Positions 9,390-19,129 of a DNA stretch of 64,000 nt are shown one piece after another. Numbering within the stretch: position 1 is the stretch's first letter; every line of letters begins with the position of its first letter. The translations under genes were made by a program, and so were the position numbers. The notes beneath the pieces were generated by a model. It was not told where the DNA came from and did no database searches. It saw only the letters and a program-made list of their open reading frames with translations. Source of the DNA: a phage. The stretch lies in the sequence record PQ724392.1. One strand, written 5' to 3'.

Positions 9390-9830
9390 TTAATCTCGCT
9401 TCATGAAGGCATTAAAAATTTGGTCGTCAACTGAATATACAGGGGTTTCCAGAAGTTTCAAAAGACTGTTTTTAATGTACTTACCCGGGATACCCATATT
9501 AACAATACTGTCATTCAATTCATTATCAGGGTTGATGTCTTTAAATTCAAACCCATCAAATTCAACCTTGTCAGGAATACCATCAGCGAAAAAATAAACC
9601 AATTGGTGCATTGTATTGCGCGAAAATAATTTAGACTTGACCGCAATAAGTTCTTGCCAATGGTTTAATTCTTTGTTAAGAAGTTTATGAGCAAACGTAA
9701 TTCTATTATCACTATCAACAAGAAAATAACCCAGGTATTGAATGGGGTCGTCGCTCCAAAACATCCTGTATGCTTGTGCATTTTGATTTTTACAACGAAG
9801 TTTTTTGATAACTAAATTTCTGTTAATCAT
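9390..9830 (-). CDS. hypothetical protein
   Basis: Start moved to internal Met (MINRNL...) to avoid overlap with sp-like gene; C-terminus DDQIFNAFMKRD. Confidence 0.4.
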   Translation of the reverse strand: MINRNLVIKKLRCKNQNAQAYRMFWSDDPIQYLGYFLVDSDNRITFAHKLLNKELNHWQELIAVKSKLFSRNTMHQLVYFFADGIPDKVEFDGFEFKDINPDNELNDSIVNMGIPGKYIKNSLLKLLETPVYSVDDQIFNAFMKRD

Positions 9831-9831
9831 T

Positions 9832-10125
9832 TTATTCACCTGTAACCCATTGAACAATTTTGCTATTGTCAAATGAAGCATCGCAATACAGAACATAGTT
9901 ATACTGCATAACGCCACCAGAAGTCAATTGGTCAGATACTTCTTTAACCATATCAGGGCGGTCACGTTTAGTTATGTTCATGATATCAGCATAAATCTGG
10001 TGTTCAACATCAGTCTGGTCAGCAGTCATAGACCACTCACAAAGGTCTTTATCAAGTCCAGCGGTGACAGGTGCTGTGCCACAAGATGCTACGGCAAAAA
10101 TTGCTGCGATAATTAACTTTTTCAT
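9832..10125 (-). CDS. sp: Spackle-like secreted protein
   Basis: 97 aa (T4 Sp size) with N-terminal signal peptide and VASC lipobox-like motif; position between 61 and 41. Confidence 0.45.
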   Translation of the reverse strand: MKKLIIAAIFAVASCGTAPVTAGLDKDLCEWSMTADQTDVEHQIYADIMNITKRDRPDMVKEVSDQLTSGGVMQYNYVLYCDASFDNSKIVQWVTGE

Positions 10126-10184
10126 AATGTTCTCCTCAGTAGTTGATAAGGATAATATACTGCATTATTCCCTTATTGTACACT
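10126..10184 (-). promoter_or_regulatory. early promoter cassette (-35 GTGTAC, -10 TATATT, conserved leader)
   Basis: GTGTAC-N18-TATATT then ATCCTTATCAACTACTGAGGAGAA before ATG. Confidence 0.45.
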
Positions 10185-10525
10185 TATTTTTCACCTTCAA
10201 CTGAAAAACCGGTCAAGTTGTAATATTCAGCACGTGCAATATGAAGAGCTGCTTCAATATCAGTAAGGCAGATTTCTTCATTTAACAGTTGCGCTTCAAC
10301 GGTCAAAATCAGATTACGCAATGCGGTACCCTTACGCATGTCTACTTTATGAATTAGCTTGTCATCAACAAAAGCTTCAACCAGCGCATTATAGTTATCA
10401 GCAGTCTTCTGGACATACCAGTGAATACCTGCGGGGTGGAACATGCTAGAACGTTCAAAAGATGGTACACCAACAGCACTCACTTTGATTGTTACTTTTA
10501 CGCGGTCTTCTGGATTAAAATCCAT
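10184..10525 (-). CDS. Dmd-like domain protein with C-terminal extension
   Basis: 113 aa; shares NALVEAFVDD block with adjacent Dmd-like ORF. Confidence 0.4.
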   Translation of the reverse strand: MDFNPEDRVKVTIKVSAVGVPSFERSSMFHPAGIHWYVQKTADNYNALVEAFVDDKLIHKVDMRKGTALRNLILTVEAQLLNEEICLTDIEAALHIARAEYYNLTGFSVEGEK

Positions 10526-10738
10526 TTAGATTTCCTCAGATAAGTGGATGCGATAATCATATTCAAAAACTTTATTGTCATTAACAAAGGCTTTCACCAG
10601 CGCATTATTCACTTCCGCATACTGCACTGTAACCCATTCAATCATATTTTGGTCACTAACATCCAACATGGTTTCTTTGGTAAACATATTACCATTTTCA
10701 AACCAACCAATAAATACTACGTTCTCTAATTTATACAT
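10526..10738 (-). CDS. dmd: Dmd-like antitoxin (discriminator of mRNA degradation)
   Basis: 70 aa; VVFIGWFENGNMFTKE ... YAEVNNALVKAFVND resembles remembered T4 Dmd; position next to gene 41. Confidence 0.5.
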   Translation of the reverse strand: MYKLENVVFIGWFENGNMFTKETMLDVSDQNMIEWVTVQYAEVNNALVKAFVNDNKVFEYDYRIHLSEEI

Positions 10739-11056
10739 TTAGATTTCCTCGCAGAAGGCCCAGGCAGCGTGATAAACTGTTGCGCCTTTAGTATCATTTA
10801 AACAAACCACGTCAACCGGTGCAATCACACGATAAAGACGGGGTTCTCCTCCATATGAGCGAGCTGCTCTTCCTGCATAGATACGCGCCAAACCAATATC
10901 TTCAGTAAAAAACACACGCCCTAAATTTTTCTTACGTCCAACTTCTGACAGAACACCAGTTGCATCAGGAGGACAAAGCATATTTTGGATTCCAGCATTA
11001 GAGCTTGACCCATGATAATAAACTTTGTATTCTGCCTTGCAATCAATGGTTTTCAT
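10739..11056 (-). CDS. hypothetical protein (HGS motif)
   Basis: 105-aa ORF with YYHGSSS motif; function unknown. Confidence 0.4.
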   Translation of the reverse strand: MKTIDCKAEYKVYYHGSSSNAGIQNMLCPPDATGVLSEVGRKKNLGRVFFTEDIGLARIYAGRAARSYGGEPRLYRVIAPVDVVCLNDTKGATVYHAAWAFCEEI

Positions 11057-11095
11057 TTTATTCTCCAGTAGTTGATAGGGTCATTATAACATAAG
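11057..11095 (-). promoter_or_regulatory. early promoter (-10 TATAAT, conserved leader)
   Basis: CTTACA-N17-TATAAT then GACCCTATCAACTACTGGAGAATAAA before ATG. Confidence 0.45.
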
Positions 11096-11120
11096 AAAAA
11101 GGGGCTGTAAGCCCCTTTTA
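11096..11120 (-). terminator. stem-loop terminator after gene 41
   Basis: GGGGCTTACAGCCCC hairpin followed by TTTTT on gene-sense strand. Confidence 0.5.
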
Positions 11121-11127
11121 AAATATT

Positions 11128-12567
11128 TTAAAATTTCATTTGAGCAGCAAGGTCGTCCAGGTCGCTCCTGTTGACCCTGGTTTGTCGATTCATTTCAGCC
11201 TGGCGATTCATCTCACCGGTGGCTTCTTTAACCGTAGGACCTTGTTTAGGAGCTGAATCATCATCAACCTCATACCAGCGCTGATTACCTTTCTTAACAC
11301 CCATCTTGAATTTATTATAGTAGTTCTTATCACCATAACGAGACTTAAGCTGTTTGATTAACTGCAGCCCCATTTGAGCGAATTCTTCGGTCTCAACAAC
11401 ACCCAACATAAAGTCAGCTGTATGAGCAATACCAAAGGATTCTGCGATATCAGCCATATCAATCTCAGCTGCAACGTTCGCGCCCCTGGTTGTCTGCGCT
11501 GCAGTCCACAGGACCACATTTTTCTCGACTGCCAGACCACGAAGTTCTTCTGCAACCATCTTAATCAGACCGTAACTATTTTCGGTAAACGTTTTCAGTC
11601 TTGAGCTCGCACAGATTGCCAGGTAGTCAACAATAATCACATCCGGCACAAACCCTTGCTTCAGCTTGTACTCGTTCAGTAATGCACGGAAGGTGTCCGC
11701 ATGAGCACCGCCAGTTGGATATTGTTTTATTTTCAGAGTCCCAAGAGTCCCGGAAGCACGCCATTTTTCCATCTTAGCTTTATATTCTGCCCATGATATA
11801 TGACCTTCATCAATATCATCCAGAGACACATCCAGCAAGTTGGCATCAATACGTTTGGCACATACTTCTTCGGCCATTTCCATGCTTATATAAAGCACGT
11901 TATGACCAGTCTGAAGATAGTCAGCGGCTAACGAACAAAGTCCTAGAGATTTCCCGACGTTGGTCCCAGCCAGTAAAACGTTTTCTGTACCATACTCAAC
12001 TCCACCCTTCGTGATTTTATTCAGGATGTTAATGCGGAACGGAACCTTTTTCGATTTGTTCAGATAAGTCTGGAATCGAGCTTCGTAATCGTTTAACCAG
12101 TCATGGCCCAGTGCAGAGTCAAAACAGATGGACAATGCATCACGCATGATGTCAGGGATAGCACCGATATCCGGGATTCGTTTATCACGTTTATCTTTCG
12201 GAAGTTCGGCATTACTCTGGATTTCGATAATCCTGGATGTGGCATTGAACATCGCAGACTTCTGTACATACTTCTCGGTTTCTCTGACCAACCATTCCTG
12301 GTCTTCTGGAGTATCGGCCAGGACTCCTAAGAGTTTCTTTGTGCCTTCGTATTCAACTTCAGAAAGGTCAGAACTGTCGAGCGCGATATCAAGTGCAGTC
12401 TTAGTTGGCACCGCCTGATATTCTTTTACGTGTTCGTTAATCGTATTAAAAAGGGTCTTCGCTGGACCCTTTTCAAAATATGTGCTATTCAGATATGGCC
12501 AGACTTTAACAAAATATTCCTTGTTAAAGAGTAGCTGGGATAAAATAGTTTCTACCACTTCCACCAC
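11128..12567 (-). CDS. 41: replicative DNA helicase gp41 (DnaB-like)
   Basis: 479 aa; Walker A GTNVGKS; T4 synteny between 61 and uvsX. Confidence 0.9.
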   Translation of the reverse strand: MVEVVETILSQLLFNKEYFVKVWPYLNSTYFEKGPAKTLFNTINEHVKEYQAVPTKTALDIALDSSDLSEVEYEGTKKLLGVLADTPEDQEWLVRETEKYVQKSAMFNATSRIIEIQSNAELPKDKRDKRIPDIGAIPDIMRDALSICFDSALGHDWLNDYEARFQTYLNKSKKVPFRINILNKITKGGVEYGTENVLLAGTNVGKSLGLCSLAADYLQTGHNVLYISMEMAEEVCAKRIDANLLDVSLDDIDEGHISWAEYKAKMEKWRASGTLGTLKIKQYPTGGAHADTFRALLNEYKLKQGFVPDVIIVDYLAICASSRLKTFTENSYGLIKMVAEELRGLAVEKNVVLWTAAQTTRGANVAAEIDMADIAESFGIAHTADFMLGVVETEEFAQMGLQLIKQLKSRYGDKNYYNKFKMGVKKGNQRWYEVDDDSAPKQGPTVKEATGEMNRQAEMNRQTRVNRSDLDDLAAQMKF

Positions 12568-12896
12568 CTCTTTTTCATTTTAATCTTATCAATTTCATCT
12601 TGTATTTGCATTGTAACACACTTTTCTACATGCACTGCAAGCTCCGCTTTGCGGTCTTCAGAAGGGGTGCCGAAATCAACTGAAACTTTTCCCGATGGTT
12701 CAATTTTAATTCCGGTTACGTACACAATGTGATTGGACCCATCAGGGAGTGATAACAGAATTTCCTGCCGTACAGTTCCCATGGATTGCCGGATAATCTC
12801 CAAACTTTTTTCGTAGTAAGGTACAGAAGGAGCCTTAGCTCCCTCCGCATCTTTCTCGAAATTATCTAAATCAGATAAATCGATATCATTCATCAA
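12552..12896 (-). CDS. 40: gp40-like protein
   Basis: 114-aa ORF between uvsX and 41, the position of T4 gene 40. Confidence 0.45.
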   Translation of the reverse strand: MMNDIDLSDLDNFEKDAEGAKAPSVPYYEKSLEIIRQSMGTVRQEILLSLPDGSNHIVYVTGIKIEPSGKVSVDFGTPSEDRKAELAVHVEKCVTMQIQDEIDKIKMKKRWWKW

Positions 12897-14064
12897 GGTC
12901 TTCCATCATATCTAAATCGTTTTCGATATCTGCCGCAGATGGTTTTGCCTTACCTTCAGGGGCAGAGTATTTTTCAACCTTGGAGGCAATAAGCGCATCA
13001 ACTTCGGCGTCAACAACAGCATTGCTATCGATTGCACCCAGCTGGTAATGGCGTTTGATTGCATCACGGAAAGGTTCGTGCTTAAACAATGGGCCCCAGA
13101 ATTCGGTGCAGTTAGTATCTTTTGCACGCCATGATTTTTCTTCGCGGACCATTTCACCGGTCTCAACATCAAGATATTCACGGTTATACCAACCAACTTT
13201 CGGTTTCACCACAAATCCGATTTCCATTGCCATATCAAGCAGGCCAGAATACGGGTCAATACCCCCATCGAATTTTACATCAATGAAGAATTTACTTTTC
13301 TCTTTGACCATACGAGATTTTTCGGCGTTCAGAACAAATTGGAAACCTTCAAGTTCTTTACCAGTTTCTTTAATCTGGCGTTTGCCGATAATGAATACGG
13401 TGTCCGCAGAATACATAACACCTGTACCACCGGTCATAACGGTTTTGCTATACATCTCAATCGTCTCGATTGTATGGTTAACCGCGACACAAGGAATATC
13501 CTTGATACTAAAATATGGGGTAACAATACGGAACAGAGATTTCAGGGATTTAGCACGAGTCATATCGCCAACGACTTTTTCGTTCATCGCATCTTCTGTT
13601 TCTTTTTTCGACGCCATGTTACCGATTGAGTCAATAAAGATAATGACTTTTTCACCGCGCTCAATTGCTTCAAGCTGGTTAACCATATCAACTTTCAATT
13701 GTTCAACCGACTGGATTGGTGTGTGGATAACACGCTCCGGGTCTACTTTCATTGCACGCAGATAGGCTTCTGTGATACCAAATTCTGAATCATAGAACAA
13801 ACAGATTGCTTCGGGGTATTTGTTCATATATGCAGAGACCATCGTTAAACCCATATTGGATTTAAAGTGTTTTGACGGACCAGCAAAAATAGTCAAACCT
13901 GACTGCATACCACCATCTAGTGCACCGCTGATTGCAATGTTCAGCATCGGGATTTTTGTACGAACTACATCTTTATCATTAAAAAACTTGGACTTAGTAA
14001 GAGTCGCAGTCATTTTGGATGTAGAAGCTTTAATCAAACGGGATTTCAAATCTGCAATAGACAT
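12886..14064 (-). CDS. uvsX: UvsX recombinase (RecA-like)
   Basis: 392 aa; Walker A GPSKHFKS; T4 synteny. Confidence 0.9.
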   Translation of the reverse strand: MSIADLKSRLIKASTSKMTATLTKSKFFNDKDVVRTKIPMLNIAISGALDGGMQSGLTIFAGPSKHFKSNMGLTMVSAYMNKYPEAICLFYDSEFGITEAYLRAMKVDPERVIHTPIQSVEQLKVDMVNQLEAIERGEKVIIFIDSIGNMASKKETEDAMNEKVVGDMTRAKSLKSLFRIVTPYFSIKDIPCVAVNHTIETIEMYSKTVMTGGTGVMYSADTVFIIGKRQIKETGKELEGFQFVLNAEKSRMVKEKSKFFIDVKFDGGIDPYSGLLDMAMEIGFVVKPKVGWYNREYLDVETGEMVREEKSWRAKDTNCTEFWGPLFKHEPFRDAIKRHYQLGAIDSNAVVDAEVDALIASKVEKYSAPEGKAKPSAADIENDLDMMEDLDE

Positions 14065-14143
14065 TCATTTTTTCCATAGGCACCATTATATTTTTCTCAC
14101 AGGTTTAAGATAGGATAATTATATCACTGTATTTTTAGAGCAA

Positions 14144-14272
14144 TTAACGATTGAATCCACGATTAATTGCACGTTCAACAATCTTCCGGGTCTGACGTTT
14201 GTCCCACCAGTACATAAAACCAATACCAAATGCAGACAACAACCACAGACTAATCAATAGCATACCAATCAT
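14144..14272 (-). CDS. small single-TM peptide
   Basis: 42-aa frame translated by hand (MIGMLLISLWLLSAFGIGFMYWW...); below ORF-track cut-off. Confidence 0.3.
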   Translation of the reverse strand: MIGMLLISLWLLSAFGIGFMYWWDKRQTRKIVERAINRGFNR

Positions 14273-14298
14273 AATATTTTTCTCGCAGTTCAGAGTAA

Positions 14299-14406
14299 TT
14301 TAGTAAACGTTTCCACGTTTCCAGTTTTCTTCAGCCAAATGCTTATTACGCTTTTCTAATAGCAGCAAACCAATTACTGTTCCAACAATCAGAAGTAATA
14401 ATAGCA
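14299..14406 (-). CDS. small single-TM peptide
   Basis: 35-aa frame (MLLLLLIVGTVIGLLLLEKRNKH...) starting right after the lipoprotein stop. Confidence 0.3.
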
Positions 14407-14910
14407 TCAGTTAATACCTTGGCGTGCTTTCTCTTTAGCTACACATTTATTAATATAGCTCAGACGGTTTTGAGCAGAACGCTGATACATATCGCGATAC
14501 TCATTGGCTTTTGGAGAACCCGTCTCCGCTGCCTGATAAGCTTCTGCACGCATGATGTTTATCTGCATATTGATATATGACATGCAGACCTGTGAAATCT
14601 GGTTAACAGTATCCAGGTCATTTTGGCGCTTGGTTTCTGCTTCCAGTTTAGCAATGATTTCGTCATGCTTCGCAGCTTGTTCGCGTTTGTACTCAATTTC
14701 ACGTTGAGCATATTTCGCGCAGTTATTTCCACATTGATTGTTGTCGCGTTTGTAGATAAGTCCAGTACCACCTTTGAAATCAAAGGAACCATTATGCACC
14801 TGACGGTCTGCAGCAATTCGCGCTTTACCAATCTCATTGGCATTAACAACATCACCCTGGTAAGCACAACCAGATAGCAGCATAACAGCTGCGATAGCTA
14901 ACTTTTTCAT
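14407..14910 (-). CDS. putative lipoprotein
   Basis: Start at MKKLAIAAVMLLSGCAY (signal peptide plus LSGC lipobox); sits where T4 has beta-gt/42. Confidence 0.5.
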   Translation of the reverse strand: MKKLAIAAVMLLSGCAYQGDVVNANEIGKARIAADRQVHNGSFDFKGGTGLIYKRDNNQCGNNCAKYAQREIEYKREQAAKHDEIIAKLEAETKRQNDLDTVNQISQVCMSYINMQINIMRAEAYQAAETGSPKANEYRDMYQRSAQNRLSYINKCVAKEKARQGIN

Positions 14911-15060
14911 TGTATTTTCCTCAATTAAAACATTCATAACGGGCTTGGAGTCCCAAAAATATCCAACCCAAAATTAAAGTTGGAATCATATGCGGAGTCA
15001 TTATTGCCCAATAGATTGACATACTAAAAAATGCAATCAGTACAATAATTGTAATTATCT

Positions 15061-15303
15061 TCATTTGGTTTCCTTGATGATAATTAACTGTGCGTTTGAT
15101 TTACGTTCAGCAACGAGTGCCCAAATAAACGCAATAAACCACCCAACCATTGTCCAACCTAACAGAAGGTTAACAAAGAAGATTCCGCAATTACTTTTGG
15201 TTCCACGCAGTAGCGCGATAATCCACGGTAGAAAATAGGTCAGTGCAGCCAGGAAGAAAGAACCAGCACCAAGAACAACAGTACCTGCAATTAATGTTTC
15301 CAT
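15061..15303 (-). CDS. imm: Imm-like small membrane protein
   Basis: 80 aa, two hydrophobic helices, immediately downstream-adjacent to gene 43 as T4 imm. Confidence 0.5.
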   Translation of the reverse strand: METLIAGTVVLGAGSFFLAALTYFLPWIIALLRGTKSNCGIFFVNLLLGWTMVGWFIAFIWALVAERKSNAQLIIIKETK

Positions 15304-15375
15304 TTTAATATCCTTAAGTTAATCATCAGTAATTGATGGAGTAATCATACGGCAATCCTTTGCCGTTGTAAACAC

Positions 15376-18090
15376 TTAAAAGTCAAACATATCAAAAAGA
15401 GATGCTTTTTTCTCGTAATCAACCTTAGCTGCTTCAGAGAACCCTGTCAATGGCTTAACAAAAGTCTTCTGGAACAGCGTGTTGTAGTCCATCCACTGCA
15501 AGACTTGGTCACGAATTTCAATCGGGAGTTCAATCCCTGATGGCCATGCAATCACGGTTTCGCCAAACGGGTTACCAACTTTAAGAGGAAGCACATACAC
15601 CTTTTCCCCTTCCATGATTTGTGGAACAGTCTTCAGCCCTTTAGTTGCACGCATATATGCAAGCACACCTTTGATATGAGCCGGGCACTTAAATCCAGGG
15701 AAACCGCCCTCATTATATTTCTGGATGTTGTTAACCGATGATACACCCGCGATGGTCATGTAGTTAAGCTCATTAAATTCCTTATTGAATTCCTTGAAGT
15801 ATGTCTGCAGAGATTCTTCACCTTCTTGCAGCATACGGCGGATACATTCTTTCAGAGCTTTCTGACATGCTTTTGGTGTACTCGACTTTTGAGTTTCCAG
15901 GCCCATGATTTTCAGTTTCGGAACAGCATATCGTGTGCCTTCCATATCGTACACGTTCAGAGCATAACGCTTCTTCGCCGTCCAGAATCCACCAACACCT
16001 TTAGAACCAAGTGGAGGACATGCAATCGCTTCACGGTCCATAAACATAAGGTGCTGTTTGTTGTTCATGTATTCAGCCAGCTCACGGAAAGCTTTATCGA
16101 TTGCTGGTTCCAGACGGTCTTTCGCGAACTTGTCCATGAAGTCAACCAGGTGGTTTGTATCGCGGAATTTAGATTCACCACCAACCTTTTTAATCAGGTT
16201 ATCGCACTGGATATAAATGGAGTCAGTATCACCATAGAATACATATGTTTCACCACTTGTACCGCAAACACTATCAAAATATTCGTTAACTTTACGCTCA
16301 ATCCACTGCAATGCAAGTTGTCCGAAAGATGTAATCGCGGTTGCATTTCGCAGGTCAAAGTAACGGAACCAGATATTACCCAGAGCGCCATAACAACTGT
16401 TGATAAGCAGTTTACGGTTAATCTGTGCGGTCATGCCTGCAACTTCTTCCATTTGTGCTTTGTACAACATACCATTCAGAACTGTTTGATTCAGACCATG
16501 CAAGGTTGTTTTCATATTGTCATCAAAGTCATAACGATAATCAACTTCAGGCTCGGTTGTACCAGTTCCTGGATTACGCAGGGCTTCCTTAATCAGTTCA
16601 CCATTACGTTGAGCCGCAAGCATATAACCTTTATGCTCTTTACGCTGATTAAACACCTTGGTGACTTCTGTCGGAATAATACCCGCAACATCTTTAAAAT
16701 ACATCATACCGTTTGGAGCACAACTAAATGTATCAGATGGACGGTCAGCAGTTCCTGCAATGTATTCATACATCGGCGCTGGTGTAAATGACCCGGCAAT
16801 CGTTTCTGGACTAATGTTAATCTGTCGGATGATGCTCGGATACAGAGATGTTAAATCACAGCTCATAACATATTTGTATGCGTTCGGAATCGGTTCCTTA
16901 ACAAATGCACCCGGGAACGATTGACGAACATGCGATTTGGTTTCCGGAATGACTTTATTTTGAGTCTTCAGGCTGTTAAAGATAATCGCATCCCAAGTTT
17001 TGATTGGGCTGAATACAGACTGAATCTGCATTTTTGCGTAATAACCCATTGACTGGCTAAGGTTAATAAACTGACGCTTACGGTCAATCTGTACAACACG
17101 ATAAACATCGATGATGTTATAAGAAATATACCGTTGGTGATTTGATTCGCGCAGTTTAGAAATCGGGCCATCATACGGGAGTTTACCAACACCCAGCTCA
17201 GATTCCGCAACATAATCCAACGAATAAGATGGCTGGTTTGTGAAGCTGAACTTTTTATACAGGTCCAGATAATCCAGAACAGAGATACCCAGAATCTGAA
17301 TGATTTCTTGTTCTTCACCGAATCCGTTGTTAATGACCTTAACTTTTGTACGACGATGTGGACTCAGACGTTTTGCCGTAGCTTCACCAAACACATTTTT
17401 AAGGCGGTTGTAGATATATGGAATATCAAACTTCTCGATGTTCCAACCAGTTAACATAACCGGAGTTTTCTCGTTCCAGAATACCAAATACTGCTGGAGC
17501 ATTTCTTCTTCTGAATCGAAAGCCATATAAACAATTTTTTCCAGGATTTCTTCAGGGACTTCATCGCCGCCATCTTCTTGCAGCTTAGCAGCAATATCAA
17601 TAGACCATTGCTCCACAGTGGCGTATGGTGAGCTCAAAAGGTCAAAGACATAGAATTTATCGTCTACCGAATCATAGTGCGTCAGGGCATCAATAGGGTG
17701 ACGTGCTTCAGACGGCTCAGGGAACCCATCAGGAGATGTCACCTCGATATCGAAGTTAGCCACACGGATTTTACTTGAATCGTATTTGATTTCGTGCGGG
17801 TAACGGTCGGACAAGTATGCGAGTTTAAAGTCATCCATACCCATAGCTTCGAGACCCATTTCATTCATTCGCTTCATCCACTGGGATGCATCACGCATGG
17901 AATCGAATTCTTTTTTCACACAACCTTTATTATAGATGTCTGTATACTTTGCGGCCTGGTCTTCGCGGGCGTGCATAAACAAGCATGGAGCATAAGGGAT
18001 TTCACGAACACGTTCATGACCGTTCTTGTCAATGTATCGTTCGAGCAGATTGTCACCGATTTGTTCGATAGTTAAATAAAATTCTTGCAT
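15376..18090 (-). CDS. 43: DNA polymerase gp43 (family B)
   Basis: 904 aa; YGDTDS polymerase motif; exonuclease FDIE motif; T4 synteny. Confidence 0.95.
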   Translation of the reverse strand: MQEFYLTIEQIGDNLLERYIDKNGHERVREIPYAPCLFMHAREDQAAKYTDIYNKGCVKKEFDSMRDASQWMKRMNEMGLEAMGMDDFKLAYLSDRYPHEIKYDSSKIRVANFDIEVTSPDGFPEPSEARHPIDALTHYDSVDDKFYVFDLLSSPYATVEQWSIDIAAKLQEDGGDEVPEEILEKIVYMAFDSEEEMLQQYLVFWNEKTPVMLTGWNIEKFDIPYIYNRLKNVFGEATAKRLSPHRRTKVKVINNGFGEEQEIIQILGISVLDYLDLYKKFSFTNQPSYSLDYVAESELGVGKLPYDGPISKLRESNHQRYISYNIIDVYRVVQIDRKRQFINLSQSMGYYAKMQIQSVFSPIKTWDAIIFNSLKTQNKVIPETKSHVRQSFPGAFVKEPIPNAYKYVMSCDLTSLYPSIIRQINISPETIAGSFTPAPMYEYIAGTADRPSDTFSCAPNGMMYFKDVAGIIPTEVTKVFNQRKEHKGYMLAAQRNGELIKEALRNPGTGTTEPEVDYRYDFDDNMKTTLHGLNQTVLNGMLYKAQMEEVAGMTAQINRKLLINSCYGALGNIWFRYFDLRNATAITSFGQLALQWIERKVNEYFDSVCGTSGETYVFYGDTDSIYIQCDNLIKKVGGESKFRDTNHLVDFMDKFAKDRLEPAIDKAFRELAEYMNNKQHLMFMDREAIACPPLGSKGVGGFWTAKKRYALNVYDMEGTRYAVPKLKIMGLETQKSSTPKACQKALKECIRRMLQEGEESLQTYFKEFNKEFNELNYMTIAGVSSVNNIQKYNEGGFPGFKCPAHIKGVLAYMRATKGLKTVPQIMEGEKVYVLPLKVGNPFGETVIAWPSGIELPIEIRDQVLQWMDYNTLFQKTFVKPLTGFSEAAKVDYEKKASLFDMFDF

Positions 18091-18151
18091 TTGGTTTCCT
18101 TTATAGTCGAGTGATTGACTTTTGTTTTATGACTTGACGCTATTATACTAC

Positions 18152-18173
18152 AAAAGGGACCGAAGTCCCTTTG
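18152..18173 (-). terminator. stem-loop (GGGAC-CGAA-GTCCC) between regA and 43
   Basis: Hairpin read directly; followed on gene-sense by TATAAT and the gene 43 leader. Confidence 0.4.
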
Positions 18174-18180
18174 CTTTAAA

Positions 18181-18549
18181 TTAATTACCAATTGTATATT
18201 TGGCCACGAGCTTCCAGTCGTCTTTTTGTTTAAAGGAGATAACACGGAAGTTGTTTGTTACTGCGAACAATTCATTATGCTCTTCTTCTTTGATAGTAAT
18301 TAAGCCCCAGTCTTCGAGCAGTTGAGCGATGGAATCACGGCGCTGATAGTCTTCACCATCAATATCCACCTGGCGGCCATCCATGCGCAGCATTTCTTTG
18401 AAGTGAACAATATAGTAACGGCCTTGCTTTTGGAGGATGTGGCAGCTCTGGTACAGTACACGGTCTTTATTATTTGCGATGCCCATACGGGTCAGAGTTT
18501 CTTTAACTTTCAGGAAGTCTTCAGGTTGCTTTAATGTAATTTCAATCAT
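18181..18549 (-). CDS. regA: translational repressor RegA
   Basis: 122 aa (T4 RegA size); position directly downstream of 62. Confidence 0.8.
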   Translation of the reverse strand: MIEITLKQPEDFLKVKETLTRMGIANNKDRVLYQSCHILQKQGRYYIVHFKEMLRMDGRQVDIDGEDYQRRDSIAQLLEDWGLITIKEEEHNELFAVTNNFRVISFKQKDDWKLVAKYTIGN

Positions 18550-18550
18550 T

Positions 18551-19129
18551 TTACCATTCCAATATTTGTTTTTTAATTTCTTTTTGTTCTTTCACATTAC
18601 TGGTAACGGTCTTTAAGAATTCATCCGTTACCAGACCTTTTGTCTTTTTCAAAACATCTTTAAGACTACCTTTGACTTTCAATGTTTCCATATACATCAA
18701 AGCATCATCTGCATTAATTGTATAATATTTCATTAAAAGCTTTAACACAAGCTGGACGTTGACCGTATCTGGCTCAGCCTTCGCCCATTTACCATAACGC
18801 TTGCCTTGCGGAACCGCATGCAGCAAATAATTATAATGCTGTTGGTCTGTTAACCCGGAACCAATTAAGTTCATCACGTTCACCTGCATAATGCAATCGA
18901 CATGTTGGCTCAATGCGTTTTCCAACCAGAATTTATTGTAGTTTTCCGATTGAATCAGGTTCCGTGGTTTTTTACTAACGGTTATGTCATTAAGAATCGC
19001 GAACAATTCATTTTCTGCTTTCTCTTTGTATGAATCGGACAATTCCTGAATTTTGTTAAAGTCGCGTGATTTCCACACAACCTCATGTTCGTTTAATTGA
19101 ACGTCATCATCAAAGAGACTTACAGCCAT
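18551..19129 (-). CDS. 62: clamp loader small subunit gp62
   Basis: 192 aa; overlaps end of 44 as in T4. Confidence 0.75.
   Translation of the reverse strand: MAVSLFDDDVQLNEHEVVWKSRDFNKIQELSDSYKEKAENELFAILNDITVSKKPRNLIQSENYNKFWLENALSQHVDCIMQVNVMNLIGSGLTDQQHYNYLLHAVPQGKRYGKWAKAEPDTVNVQLVLKLLMKYYTINADDALMYMETLKVKGSLKDVLKKTKGLVTDEFLKTVTSNVKEQKEIKKQILEW

Noticed and set aside
13055-13765. 236-aa plus-strand ORF inside uvsX
   Set aside because: Antisense shadow of a well-supported gene
15826-16791. 321-aa plus-strand ORF inside gene 43
   Set aside because: Antisense to the DNA polymerase coding sequence, Cys-rich with no motif, no ribosome-binding site; typical shadow ORF
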